64,000 nt of DNA from Raillietiella orientalis (Eukaryota). The DNA is taken from NCBI GenBank assembly GCA_036172245.1, contig JAYWIR010000010.1:3472001-3536000 (forward strand), in the 5' to 3' direction. How positions within the stretch are numbered: the first letter of the stretch is position 1; each line of letters begins with the position of its first letter. Made by a program: the position numbers and the translations under genes. Positions 41,700 through 54,709 of this stretch are shown piece by piece. Below the pieces are notes generated by a model, which was given only the letters and a program-made list of their open reading frames with translations, did no database searches and was not told the origin of the DNA.

Positions 41700-42350
41700 G
41701 TCCTCAAGGTGGGATGGTGAAATACTTAGAGAACAGCATAGAGGGGCAGACGGGTCATGCTCAGGAAGATTACAAAACTGAGGAGTCTGAAAATTGTCGC
41801 GAGGGGCTTCTTTTCCCTCATGTGCCATTCCAGCTTGGAAGAAGAGATTCAAAAGACGGAGTTTAAGGTCTTCTTGGTTATTCCGGGCCGCCCACCATGG
41901 CTTCTGACTCACCTTGGCGACTGGGAAAGTATCGAGCCGTTTGCTTTAGGCCTGTAGTCTCGCGTTTTAAATGTGAGACGTCCTCACTTCTGTAGCCTGT
42001 GAGTCCAAAGGTTTTGAGCTGTGCCACATCCTCTCCCAGCTCATCAACAGGAGGTTTGATGAAAATAATGGGATTGTGTGCGACCGCATTGTCTTCGGAA
42101 GCTTTGGCAGCGTTTGCTTATTGAACAGTTAGAATTCTTCCTCCGAAGGGACGACCGATGCGTGGAAGAAAGCCGGGTTCAAAGTTTCCAGCAACTTCAC
42201 AGAATTTTTTTTGTGATTCTGTCCCTAAAAGTCATCAGGAGGTTGCGGACATGTTGAAACCATGCTAGAGTTGAAGAGCTGCACTTGCCAGGTGTGGTGG
42301 GATTGCTCAAAAACTGTAACAGCAAAGAGTCAGCAGGAATGCAAGTAATG
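41700..42350 (-). mobile_element. Degenerate LINE (RTE-like) linker/RT N-terminal fragment
   Basis: Minus-strand LFNK..KPPVDELGEDVAQLK..EDLKLRLLNLFFQA..EG..P resembles PPT.EE..AI..LK..KAPG.DGI..E.LK. Many stops and frameshifts. Confidence 0.3.
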
Positions 42351-42774
42351 CAACGGCCAGGCAAAGAAGAGAAAGCCTGCAAGAAAACCCAGTCCTTGCA
42401 TGTCAACTACAGGGTGGTTCTTCTTCGGACGCTCCAAGGCTCACTGAGGAAAACCGTTGGGTCCCCATTTGCTAGCGAAAGCGTAGCTACGAGCATATGG
42501 ACGTAAAGACTACTTACGTTCTTATCCTCATAGCTACAATAGAGAACGACTTTTCCAACAACTCGTGTTAATCACTTTGAGGGAACTTTCGAAGAGAGAA
42601 GACTGTCACATATGTTGCTCGAATGTCTCGAAAAGGTCCCTTGCGACCACCCAGAAGTAAAGCATGTAAAGATTGCTTCAAAAGCGAATCCTTCAATGAA
42701 TGCCAATGTACAAGTATATAACCCTTTTTGTGTTGTAGTTGTTTCTTTTTCACTTGAAGAGGTTTCAAGTTGCC

Positions 42775-42855
42775 TGACCTTAGCTCGTGGCGTCAATTCC
42801 ATTCGCCTCAGATCGGAGTGTTGGAAAGCTCAACGACGGGGCTTTGACTCCCTCC
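42775..42855 (+). mobile_element. Possible tRNA-derived SINE head
   Basis: A-box-like TAGCTCGTGG (42781-42790) and B-box-like GGCTTTGACTCC (~42840-42851). No cloverleaf could be built. Confidence 0.25.
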
Positions 42856-43989
42856 CCCCTCCCCTCTCTTTGCGAAGATGATGCCTCCATCTGAAAACTG
42901 GGACCTGTGGAAGTTGAGGCGAGTCAACCGGCTGCTGCCACATGAGAAAGCAGGGCGGAGTTTCCCCTACGTGGCAGAAATCCAGCAAAAGTAGTTGGAA
43001 TTTTCTGGCGGGTTTGTCATCCTGAAGCAGCAACCAGGCAGGCAGCGGTGGCAACAATGGCAGAAGCGCGCGCGGAGACGACGCGCGCTGCCGCGAGAGC
43101 GAGGCAAAAATAAAACGACCGACGGAGAGAAGAGGAAGAAATCTCCAAGGCACGCATAGGGAAGGCGAAAGGAGGCCGAGCAGGTGCACCTAGGGAGAGA
43201 GAGGGGGGGGGGGCACCATGCGGCGGCGTTCGAAGATGCGGAGGGAGAAAGATGGCGTCGCCCGTCTGCGTTTGCTTTCCTTTCGTTTTCCCCCCAGGAG
43301 ATGGTAGCGCGCACGCAAGGAATGGATCCCGTCAGGCTCCTTCCGAAAGCGCTTTGCTCCTGCACTCCTCTACTGGCCTGATCTCCTGCTATCTGGGAGC
43401 ACTGCAATCCTTCCCGATCCCGCAGCCGGGAGATCCACTCCCTGCGGTCCGGGGTCGCGAGAGGACCTGAGTCTGGACTTTGCAAGCGAGGGCGAGACCA
43501 GCACGTTTCTTCCGATTCGTTCGAACGGCGCGCCGGGTTCCGGGCTTGGTGTTCGCAGCATCCGGATGGAACCGATCGAACAGCAGTGTCTTTTCCTCCG
43601 ACCTGCGTCTCGGATCTCACGAGCGCGTCGCCACTTCCACTCGCGACCGCAGAAGAGCGGGCGAGACGGAACGCATCACCGCGTCTTCCCGAAAGGCAGC
43701 GGCAGCGTCGCGAAAGGATGCTGAGGAGGCCGTCGGAGTGAGCTCGGCTCGGCGTCCCGAACCGATGTTCCGAGAGGAGCGGCGTCGACGAGGTTCCGGA
43801 AGAGGGATGAAGGAGTGGACAGGAGTGGCGAAAGGAAGGAAGGGGGGGGAGTGCATCCGTTGCCGCCACTGGAGCGGGAAGATAGGAGTAGACTTCACAG
43901 CCATGAGCGCCAGGCTGTTGCAGCGGGAGTTTCATGGGGACGAGCTCAGAGATGGCAATGGAAGCGCCTGTCTGCTTACCCGGGACCGA

Positions 43990-45265
43990 GGCCAGGTGAC
44001 CTTATATTGGGCAGCCAAGGAAAAGATCCGTCCCCAATATACAACAAAAGTTGCTACTCGACCTTCTCCCTTCGGGAAGGGGAGGTGTTTTCGAGAGCTG
44101 TCGTCAGCGACGTCATCCAGCAAAGATTGCGCACCATTCCTCGGTCCGCAGGCAGCTGGTGGAATCTCCTCCATGTCTGGAAGCGGAGACATCCCGGAAA
44201 CATGTGCCAGGAGCGAGGTGAAATTATCCCACCTGGAAAAGGAAACAACAGCTGGTACGAAAACACCAACTGAAGATCGTCCCACGAAGGCAGGAAGAAT
44301 CCATCCTGGTGATCCCTTGGATGCTTTGCGTGCCTCCGGACACAAGAAGCTGGATCTACCAGCGGTCCAGAGTTACCCTCAAAAGAATCCAGGAATGGAA
44401 AAGAGGAGGATACCTTCAGCATTCTCGTAAACTCCGGTATATCGAGATGGTGTTGGGAAAATACACCCACGGGACCCGCGAGTTGTGGAAAAACCACAAC
44501 AACTTCACGTGATCCAGGATAGATAGGAAAAACCTCCGCAAGATCATTAAAGATGATAACAAGGACATCAGTGCCCTCCAAGAAGCTGCAGATCGCCACG
44601 GAAGCCTGAGGATCAACCTGTTGGCGATTGGCCCGACACTATGGAGGAATGACCTACCGCCGAACACTCAGGATGACCTCCTGATGTTCTATCATGGAGG
44701 AATCCAGAGTGGTTCTAAGATTATCACTTCACAGGGAACGCGGAAGACGGCAAATGCAAGGCGTGTGGCGACCGGGAAACAAGATTCCACGTCCTAACCT
44801 GTCCCACAATCCACCAGGACTGGAAGACCCTGAAAAGGGTCATAGGACTGCCCGACACCACCACCACGGAAGTCCTAGCACGGATGTTTTAGGGGAACAC
44901 CAACGTACCCCTGTACAACCCGTTGGTTAGGACAACCATTGCCCTCTTCATCACCGCCACGCTGATGCGATGGTGGAAGATGAAGAATTCCAGAGCGGTC
45001 GCACCCCTCATGGACATCCTCAGAGGACTCGTCCAGAAGGAAATTGGAATAAGGAACTGCGGTAAAGTGCAAGCCTGGACATACAAGTATATCCTACGTA
45101 GGATAGCAAGTATCGTCCAAGCCCAAACCCATAGGTAGTCCTTCCAAGTGCAAACTCACGGTAGACTTCCCCTAGTGACTTCCCAAGTGAAAGTGAAGTG
45201 AAGTGAAAAGTGAAGAACAATAGTTCTTTGGAGTGAATGTGAATGTAGTATGAATGAATGAAAAT
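43990..45265 (+). mobile_element. 5'-truncated L1/Tx1-clade LINE, ORF2 C-terminal part with a simple-repeat tail
   Basis: LYWAAKEKI..RPSPFGKG post-RT motif, CCHC domain DGKCKACGDRETRFHVLTC (~44750-44805) and terminal TIALFITATLMRWWKMKN. It is followed by a (GTGAA)n/(TGAA)n tail at ~45185-45262. Frameshifted. Confidence 0.65.
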
Positions 45266-45399
45266 AGATTTACCCCACCTCTTGTGGGACTTGGGAAAAG
45301 CGAGGTGAAATTATCCTAGAAAGAGTTTTGAAAAAAATGGAAAAAAGGAGGGTGGGGGAGGTGGGATTTCTTTCCACCCTTTGACAAGGGCATATCTTC

Positions 45400-46140
45400 T
45401 CGATGCCTGGCTCAGTGGGGCCCAAGGCGGCGGGTGCTCTCGGGAAGACAGATGCGGCCAGCATCTGCCGAAAGGATTTGCGAGTTCCCGTAGCCTTCCG
45501 GGGAAGACGAAGTAGACGAAGAACCCGGAAGGGTGCAGGGCAAAGTGAGCATGGGGAACCTAGCCAGGCAGGAGGTCTCCTTCAGGGACCAGGAGGAGAC
45601 CACGGGGACTGACCGGCCCATGGAGGGGTGGCGAAGCAAGCGGAGAACGAGGGCAGCAGGGGAGAGCAGGAGAGAGGACGGACTGAGAAATCGGTTTAGT
45701 CCGCTCTCCCGGACGGATCACCGACGCTTTTCCTGGAGTTCCCGACGGTAAGTGAACTCTTCCTCTAGCACCCTGGCTTCGCTGATGGTGCTGGCGGAAG
45801 CACCAGTGACGAAGGCGGCACGGGACCTCGCGGTAAAAATACCCACGAAGTGGGATGGAGCGAAACAAAAAGGTCTTCTCTGTGGACCACATGTCTGTGG
45901 AAGTGGCGCGAGCCCCCCTTGACTCTTGAAATCCGGTAGGTGCGGTGTCTTGCAGGGGTCCTCAGGGATCACGGCGAGAAAGACGAGACTGGCAAAGACG
46001 CGGGAGCGCTACCCTTCGCGTATGCGGAAGCAGGGGGCCGTCGCGATGAGGCGGCCTAGATGGAAACGATGGGGACACGGCAACCCATTGATTTCAGGAG
46101 TATCTGCAGAGGAGACTTCGTTTCTAATGGATAAAATTAG
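45400..46140 (-). mobile_element. Possible Tx1/L1 ORF1 remnant, opposite orientation
   Basis: Minus-strand ..HLPDFKSQGG..CGPQRRPFCFAPSH.. is followed by a low-complexity, charged tract, like a degenerate gag-knuckle ORF1. Confidence 0.3.
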
Positions 46141-46417
46141 GGATTGATGGATGACAATTGAAGCAATAAGTCATTGTTTCATCATATTTAACCCTTAACA
46201 TCCCAGTAGCGTCCAATGGACACACTTCCAAATTGACTTATATACAAAATCAAAGGTATTTATTTGATTGCGAAATTTGTCTAATTTATGCTCTTTGTGT
46301 AATTTTTAAAACACTGTTTTCTTTATTTTAATAATTTACCAAAAATACAACATAACTCAGATGTGTGCATTGGACACTGTTTGAAGTAATACAGATTCGC
46401 ACGTTTGAATCTGTTAA

Positions 46418-47823
46418 CGTGCCAAGCGAGTTCGACGTATATATACGTCTCGCAAAGGCGCCTCCGTGGTGAGTTTGACGGATATATACGCGGTGCGGCG
46501 GAAAACAAATTACTCCTTGCCATCAAAATACGAAATTCTTATAAAAAGTGAAAACAGTCCCCCTTATCTGTGTGTTTTACTTATATGCTGATAGGGACTG
46601 CAATGTGCAGTGACCTCATTAATTTTTTATCAAAGCATTTTTGAAGCGATGTAAGGTATGCCAACCAAACGAAAAATTCTTCCTTCTTTTTCTGGGTTTG
46701 CTTACACACGAGAAGTTCTGTCGATGAAGCTTCATCTGTTTTCCTCAATTAAGGCTTCGGATGATTCGTTTTGGCAAAAAGTGATCCCTGTAAGATAGTA
46801 AACGTAACTCCAGTTTTTCCTGTGGAGCCCGGTCCACAATCCAATGTGCCTAGAAAATCAAGGAAGAAATGCTCACCTCATTTGTATAAATTTTTGGATA
46901 AAAAACTAATATCCATAATTGTAATATCCAAACAATATCCATAATATCCAAGCTAATATCCATCCATAATATCAAACTAATATCCATAAACTAATATCCA
47001 TAATCCATTAAAAACTAATATCCAAACAGACTAATTAGTACGCAAGGCAATATACTGAAATTCATTCTTCAAGGAAGAGAAATTGGCATCCCAGAAACAC
47101 CACAGGAATGAAGTGCTTCATCTCACTATTGACATCGCAAGGGAATGTCAGGGAGCCAAAACTGGAGCTGAATTTCTCTGAAAGGGAAAGCGTGCCCACT
47201 CCTTTCTTGAGCAAAGTGATGTCTCGTCGCAGATTTTTGTTATCCTGCAGATGTATTCATTCTGAAGATGACCAAAGCAAGACCTCAAGAAGCAGAGTTT
47301 CCAAAAATGGAAACTGTTTGGAAAAATATTTTCAGCATGAATGCAAATCCAGAACAAGGCGTTGGCGTTGATGAACCCTTGTTGTTATGGAAAGGGCGAT
47401 CGTCTTGGAAGCAGGATATACCTTCTAGAAGGAGTCGTTTTGGAATGAAATTCTTTGTCTTATGCGAAAGTCAACCTGGACAGATTTGGAATTTCGGTGC
47501 ATACATTGGCAAAAATACAGAACGTGGTCAAAATTGCCCTCAACATAAGACCGCGACTCGCATCGTTCTTGAACTTTCTCGTGACCTAACAGCCATAAGA
47601 TGGCCGATTTCTAAAGAGTTTTTTTTGTTTTTTCTCATGTATGAAGAGGTTTCTCATTTTCCGTGCAATAACGAAATTTTTATGAATAACGTTTTTCTCA
47701 TTTTTACCATTGAAATTTACAATGGATGCATCTGTTGTGCGTCTGACGTATATATACGTTTTCGTCAATTTCATTTCCGCACCCACGGGTAGACTCTGTG
47801 GAAAAAAACGCACGCTTAGCAGG
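46418..47823 (+). mobile_element. Second piggyBac (PGBD4-like, defective) nested in the outer element
   Basis: TTAA at 46414-46417 and 47824-47827. Imperfect TIRs CGTGCCAAGCG and (reverse complement) CCTGCTAAGCG. Palindromic GACGTATATATACGT at 46434 and 47745. Transposase remnant MSRRRF..VDEPLLLWKGRSSWKQDIPSRRSRFGMKFFVLCESQPGQIWNF..YIGK (47220-47590). Confidence 0.8.
46903..47024. repeat. Imperfect tandem repeat of the (AACT)AATATCCAT unit
   Basis: About 10 copies of AATATCCA(T/A) inside the inner piggyBac. Confidence 0.85.
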
Positions 47824-48612
47824 TTAAAACCTAAAAAGTAAATAAGGTGAAAAATGCGTGCTGTTAGCATTTTTGTTTGTTCTTCCAATATTTACCGACA
47901 GACGCGAAGATTTTCTTATGGACGGAGCCTCTGACGGTGAGAGTAACTTCACAGAAACGGTCAGCGATTCTACAGTGACGGCGAAACTGCAAACGAGGAG
48001 GAACGAGCAAATAACTGTAATAATTCTATCGACGAAGGATATGTGGGGAAAGACTGTGGGAAGCGACAGGAGAAGAACTCCACGGCATCAGAGGCTGTTC
48101 TCCCACCAGAGAAAGGAATTCCTACCGGCAGTTCCCATTTACCTTCCGACCGGAATTTGCCGGAACTTATCGTAAGGCGTGCCGATTCCGAAGCTGAAAG
48201 GGAATTGGGAAATGGTTGGGAACCAATGGGTACGGCCGAATTACAAGCATTTATGGGTCGTAAGCAGAGCAACGTAGGCTTTAGAGAGGATTGGGATCCG
48301 ATATTTGGTAATCCGATATTCCGTGCGACCGTGGGGAGAAATCGATTTGCGTCTATTCCACCCCTTTTTAAGATTTGACGATAGAAATACTTGAAAAGTC
48401 AAGAGACAGACTAGCACTAAGAAAATAACTTGTGTTCAGTGCCTTCCTAAATAAATAATAATATTATTGAGGACTTGTCTAATTTGATAACAATAATAAT
48501 CTTTTCCAGATTACTTCATTTTAATATAATTTAGAGTAATGCGTCTATCGGACACTCCTGGTCAGTTTACGTGGGGGAAAGCATCATGCGATGTTAAGGG
48601 TTAATACAAGTA

Positions 48613-48973
48613 CAGTGGAACCTCGGTACTCATGGTGTCGGAACTCGTCACACTCGGTACTCGTCTCATTTCGACGAGAAACAACACGTGTTTCGACACT
48701 CGGCGCATGCTCGGAACTCGACATCCCACTCATGATGAAACGAGTGAACTCGCATTTCGTCTCACGGTAGCTCACGAACACTGCCAAATGCTTCCACAGA
48801 GTGATTCCCGAATTTTTCGTGCTTTCCGTGCATTTGAAGCGTTAATCGTGTGTCCTAAAATGGTTAAAAGTGATACCACGAAGCCTGGAAAGGAATCCTC
48901 TCGGTACTCGTCAGTTTCGGTACTCGTCCCGAGTTCCGGAACGAATTCCTAAACGAATACAGAGGTACCACTG
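48613..48973. mobile_element. Tc1/mariner (pogo/Tigger-like) MITE, 361 bp
   Basis: TA on both sides (48611-12, 48974-75). TIRs CAGTGGAACCTCGGTACTC and (reverse complement) CAGTGGTACCTCTGTATTC. Internal TCGGTACTCG/TCGGAACTCG repeats and no transposase ORF. Confidence 0.85.
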
Positions 48974-49399
48974 TATATTCCAAAGCTGCATCAATATTGA
49001 TTTAAATTTCAAACAACTAACACACAGTTTATGATATGCATATAATTAATCATAATTGTTATCAGACCCAGCCATAAAACGCAATATTTATAAAAGTGTC
49101 TCTGTGAGAAAATTAAAGATATGCTTTTGTTTACAAATACCATTAAAACTTGGAATATTAATAGATGTTTAGCATTCCATGATACAGTAAAGAAAAACCA
49201 AAGTCTGAAAAGAAAATAATCAATTTAATTCTGCTGAAAATTATTACGCATAATGTGATGATACTTGAAGTGTATTTAAGTAACTGATTGCTATCCAATT
49301 AAATGTATGTGTACCGCATATGCGTAAAGTGTGACCTTTATAATAATGCCTTCGAGAAGGAATGAAAACGCGCTTTCATTTATGAAAACACTTTGGCTT

Positions 49400-50340
49400 T
49401 ATCAGAATGATTGCAAATCAAATGAAGGGACAGAAACTATTTGGCTTTCAGCGATTGCTTGGGAGCTTGTGACAGAACCATGGGAAAGCAACACCGCCGG
49501 TCTTGCGAAGCTCGCGACGGTTCTGTTCCTGGAAAAGAGCAAAAGGGAAACGAAGCAGAAATGGGATCGAAGAGCACGCGTTTTCAGTCTTCCGAAGGGG
49601 GAGAATGGATCCCTGAAAGAAGTGTGGAGATCTCCATATCCCCGATCACTTGCACGTCTCGAAAGGAGTACATCCGCACACGAAAAGAGAACATCGCATG
49701 CATCCAAAACTGCTCCTTCGCACTCCCTTCGGATTTGTTGTAACTTTTACACCTTCCTTAGAAGAAGAAGAAGAAGGAAGGAAAAAGAGAATCGCAGGAA
49801 ATCGCTTTCCTTCTGGACCTCTGAGTGGAAGAAGGCAGGCAAGGGATTCCCATGTGATAGCAAAGAAGCCTGCTGGTCAAGCCTGGAACGGATCTTCAGC
49901 CCGTCATCTCACGAGTCCACCACGAGCTCCTCCTTCCTTCCGACTGCGCCGCCAACTATGGTGGTGGAATGCAAGCGCTCTGTCGACGTCCACCCCCCTA
50001 AGAAGCAAGGAGAGCTCCCATCAGAGCTCGTTTCACAGCCTAAAAGCTGGACTTTCGGCTCATTACCATTGAAGTCCTCTTCCGAAGATTCTATGCATCC
50101 TCTTCCAACTTACGTCAAGAGCTTATTCCAATATTTGTTCCTTGACCTTTCAGTTCCTCTCCCGCGTCTGAGTTGTGTCCAAATTGACCCCAGCATCTCT
50201 TGCTCGGTCTAGTATCCAAGCATATTCTAACGTTAAGAAAGCATACGTCATGCTTTGTAGAACAGCAATGAGGAGTTGCGTTGTCACAACGGACCGCATC
50301 TCCGCTCAAGATATGCTGAAGAAGTCAATTTTATATGCAT
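49400..50340 (-). pseudogene. Possible decayed paralog of the membrane protein at 54710-55189
   Basis: Minus-strand IDFFSIS*AEMRSVVTTQLLI(frameshift)LFYKA* loosely matches SFYANYDPNVGVRTAVTL..LLVYKSK. It is followed by a long Ser-rich frame with only 2 stops. Weak similarity, judged by eye. Confidence 0.25.
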
Positions 50341-51836
50341 CGTGTTTTTGTTGTTTTTTGTTTTTTTCAATGTTATGTGAGTGTCTCCTAATTTTTAGTT
50401 CCAGCTGTTAGTTCAGCCAGAGAATTTACATGAGCGGGTCCTAGTGAGCAAGTGAATCGTCATTTCAAAAAATTTTCCAGAGCCAAACACAAAGAAACAC
50501 TGTGGGATGCAGGTCCCTTGTACCTGTTCTAGAGTTGTGGTGGGCAGCCTGCGATCCGTCTCTAGAGAGAGGTTGACCAGCGACCTTCAATTCCAAACCT
50601 GGCTGCATCGAGCTTCACGTTTTGACCGAAAGACAGCGGTGAAACTGGGTGCATGAGTAGTCGTCACCTCTGGCTCGAGGGTGGCGGGCAATCTTGGGGC
50701 CCGTTGCGACGGGGAGATTGACCGCCGCTGGTACCGAGGGCGTACGGTGCGGTCAGATGGAAGCCATTTCGCCACCAAAGAGATCCCGTTCAAGAACGGG
50801 TCCAAGAGAAACGCGAGGTCCTCCTTTCTCAGGAAGCGGCGACCCTCGATTCCCAATTCCCATTTGGTGCACATCAGAGTGAACAGAATTTTCCGATTCG
50901 TGCATAGTTCCAGCTGCATCGACGGCTTTCGAAAAAGCGTACTCCCACGCACTACAGACGGCGATGCCTCTCTCTACGATGCAAGCAAAAAATGGATCAA
51001 AGAATGGTATGTGCACGTGATCGCGCACATGTGTTTCGAAAAAAAAAAAGAAACAAAAAACCAGATGCAGACCTATTTGAAGATGATTGGGTTTGTGTGC
51101 TTAAGATGGCGATTCGTTTCGTTTCGTTCCATTCCCACAGGCGATTCGTGCAAAAGGACACGGGGATAACGAGTACTCCTAACGGTTGTTTACGGGCTGG
51201 CAGCGAGTCATCACCGTATCCGTTGGTGCATCGGATCGGGAAGATGCGGCAGATGCAAAAAGCATCACGTTCTAATGACGCGTCGCGATTCTAAAGTTTT
51301 GCCAGCGAGCGCTTCTAAATTTTCTGCGGGAAGCTGCTGGGGCCAGGAAAACGTTTACTATTACCTTGGGGAATCTTCTGGGAGGGAAGTTCTAAAAATA
51401 ATTATAATGACGTGAACTCGAAAGTGTATCAACCGAAGTGTCGATGCTAATCGCGAAGTGTGTATCATCCTGAGACCCGCTGCGACAAAAAACTTGCCCA
51501 CCTCTCTTCTGGGGAGCGACTTCCGCGCACATCACCAGACGAACGCAGACGTTGCTTGCTCTTAGTGCTCTGAAATGCACGTCCATAAGCACTTCGGTCT
51601 GATTGCAGGTAGCGTAAAAAAAAAGGACCATCTGACAAGTAAAAGGCAACTGCGAATCACTTCTTATCTGAAACTTGCAGGATTCCTTCTTTCTAGGTAT
51701 ATGTAGAAGTGTATTTCTAGGTGGTGACTGGTGCCTGCCTTGAGGCGGCAACAGGAACTCTCATCAAGAGCTTCAAAGAGCAGTCGCGGTAAGCGTAGAA
51801 TGGATTCAAAGCACAAATCGCAGGTAAGACAAGAGT

Positions 51837-51889
51837 ACAAGGGAGAGTCAGAAGGACAAGGGAGAGTCAGTCACTACAAGGGAGAGTAG
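51837..51889. repeat. Three direct copies of ACAAGGGAGAGT(C)AG
   Basis: Copies start at 51837, 51856 and 51876. Confidence 0.8.
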
Positions 51890-53184
51890 GAAGATCACCG
51901 TTATCCTCAGGCCCATTATGAAAATCGCACTGGCGAGAAAAATATGGAAGAGTACATCATTTCATTATGGAGTCAAAAAACAATCAATATTATCCACATA
52001 AATGAATTTACTGCCTATGATGTGATTTAAGAAGACGAATAATAAACTTCCTGATCAAACCCCGTCGAACTACCCCTTACCGAGGTGAAGCAAAATCGAA
52101 AGATCAATTTTTCACGAGTCATTTTTTCCCTACTGCGTATCAACTTCAATCCTTCCTTAAGAACCCTTCTTGACACTCCCTCTCTTGTAAAGATGTCTAT
52201 TTTCTATGTCTATTAGGCTCTCGGTTTTCTAGGGGTGGAAGTTTCCGCCTCTGAGGAGAACAAGGCCGCCAAGGCATGTCTGTTGTTCTTGAGGTTCTGA
52301 TACTTTGTGTACTGTTTCCTAGTTGAAGAGTTCGCAGCAGGAGCTCGGCTTTTCAAAGAGATCCATTAAAATGAAATGAAATCCTCTTATGGATAGGATG
52401 GCACAGGATGCATCCTCATTTGTTCTAGTAGCCATTAAAAAACCAAAGATAAAATCTCTCCTAATCCACGGGTGGAAGTATCGCACTTCCAATCCGGGTT
52501 TTATCCCGAGTAAATTGTCTTGGGAAATTCGCAGGGATAACCAGGGAAGGAAGCAAGACCAAGGGCTTTCGTGACCGCAGGAAGGCCAATTCAACAAAAG
52601 GTGATCCGATCCCGAACCAGGGATTCAAAGCAAGAGCGTTCCAGGCACACTCAGGCGAAAGCACGCCTTACTGGAACTTTTCAGCCGGGATACACCAGGG
52701 AATCCTTGCTCGGATTTCGAATTCGCCTTTAGCTGGGGAATTCCGACAGCTCTCCTCGCCACCGCCACGGGAATGTAAAGAAACGTTTGCAGGTAGTGCT
52801 CAGTGAACTGGTACTGGGAGACGGGGAAACATACCGAAATGATCCCTTGCATCCGTTCATCGAATCTGATATGGAAATTTCAGCTTTCAGCGTAAGCAGG
52901 GCAGGCTGAAGGCGTGCCTGAGAACTCCGCTCCCCCTCAATGAAAACAACCCGTGAGGTTCCTCCCCCGCCATTCAGATGACTTTCGCTGCGATCTTTGT
53001 CTCTGGATCATAGCATTTTGAACACTTCCGAGCTCACTGTTGTTTCCTGAAATGTCAGGACGAGTGAGTAAATAATTCAGCCTGCAGACGAATGCGAAAG
53101 CGGTTGACACCCCAAGCAAAGACGAAAAAACAATCAGACGTCAAAACACGAGAAGGAACGTCACTCGCGTCAAGGGACAGAGAG

Positions 53185-53570
53185 GATACTTTAACGTGGA
53201 ATTTTCGAAATTGGGTGGCTGTAGCAGAAGAAATCGACGTCAAAATCATCCTGGAACGATAGCTAATGCAATTATCATTAGCAGTGGGACGTAGTGAGAT
53301 GTGCCGTTTGGGAATCCACGAAAACACGGGAAATCCACTCGGGAAAACAACGTAAAGGTGAAAGCGAGGAACGGCTCTGTACCATTCATCAAAGGAGATC
53401 AGGCGATTCAAATTGCTGACCGGAGAAGCAAAGTCCGATTGCAGCCTGGAAGAAAGGAAAGTCTATGGATGGAAAAAATGTTGAAGTTTCTAAAGACTAT
53501 GATTTGTGAAAGCAAATATGGAGCCGCGCATGCTGCATGAGCAGGACTTCAGCGGGAAGAAAGGAGTCTA
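53185..53570 (+). mobile_element. RTE-like LINE apurinic endonuclease remnant
   Basis: LTWNFRN..ILER..AVGRSEM..G, ARNGSVPFIK, IADRRSKVRLQ and SKYGA appear in APE domain order. Stops and frameshifts present. Confidence 0.5.
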
Positions 53571-54709
53571 AATTAATGGGTGGGATGAACGGATGAGACT
53601 AAAATTTTAGGGGTATCACTGCATCCAAGAGAAGGCGATCAGTTTCGGAAAGCAAACCTTGAGATCGAGTACACGAGAAGCAGTTTTTTGTTTCTGAAAT
53701 TCAAGAGTTCTGAGCAATCATCCGATCATGAAGGAAATAATGGAAAAATGATAACTGTATCACTTATATAGATCACTTCCGTATGGCTCATATTTCGAAA
53801 AAGCAGCTGCAGGCTAGGTTGAAAGCGGTGTTCGCAGGAAATCGTCACTCAAAATCTTTCCGATTCGATTTCCTAAGGCACGATGATTTGGTCCGGTTGC
53901 TGCGCTCAGATGAAGTGATGAAGCTGGCAAAGGATTCCTTTTTTCTTAGTACGCTAATATTCGCCGTGTGCCTAAGATGGTTCCCATACTCATGGAGGCG
54001 AAATGCTGAAAGCTATTTGGTCTATGGGTTCGCCATTCCTCATAGGTATCAGCGGGACAATCTAGAAAACACTTGCATTTCTATTTTCTTAATTTGCATT
54101 TCCTTCTTTTATGTAGAAATTTGTTACCTTCCTATAATTCGAAATCTCGTCTTTCGCCTTGGTGATCTTCCCAGGATCATTGGAAACTCCATGAAGCAAA
54201 CTAACGTCTACAAACGTTTAATTACACGATACGAAGTCCAAAGATGGAAAAAAAAAAAAAAAAAAAAACGTTTAGTGGATTCGGAATAAAGAAAAGGGGG
54301 TTTTCTGAAGACGGTGTCTGTGCTCCTAGCGATGATTACCTGATTTAACATGGAGGATTTTATGCAATCGATTCTAGTGTCCAAGGAGGAACAAAGATGC
54401 TTAACACCCCTTGTATCCCCTTCTCCAGAGAAGCTATTCCCAACCGGCTCCCTGTTATTGATACCAGTGTCATCCTCATACAGATTCAAACTGCAAGGGT
54501 GGTGCGTGCTTGACACGCCGATATGATGCACAAGTTCGTCGGTATGTACACAAAATGACACTACCCAAAGTCGACATAAGTTTCCTCTGTAGCAACGTGG
54601 GCGGGATATCCAACCCCGAAAAGGATTATCCCAGCTTATTTGAGTCCCCCTCGGTAGGGGGAAAGCGCTTCCTCCGAGCATCTTTTCAGCATCACCTCCG
54701 AAACCGCCG

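Larger units (their letters stand above)
46192..48600 (+). mobile_element. piggyBac-superfamily DNA transposon (outer, defective)
   Basis: TTAA at 46188-46191 and 48601-48604. TIRs CCCTTAACATC(C/G)CA at both ends. Subterminal GCGTC(CAAT/TATC)GGACAC at 46209 and 48541. Transposase remnant W.P..TAELQAFMG..DWDPIFGNPIFRATVGRNRF at ~48215-48375. Confidence 0.88.

Noticed and set aside
42967..43960. 322-aa and 316-aa overlapping ORFs
   Set aside because: GC-rich, Arg/Ser/Pro-biased frames open on both strands with no domain motif. Only the part after ~43990 is explained, as a LINE.
50880..51010. LINE 3'-end-like peptide DGFRKSVLPRTT
   Set aside because: A single short motif without supporting upstream RT sequence.
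51837..51889. CRISPR-like spaced repeats
   Set aside because: Eukaryotic context, spacers only 4-5 nt, and no cas genes; an ordinary minisatellite.
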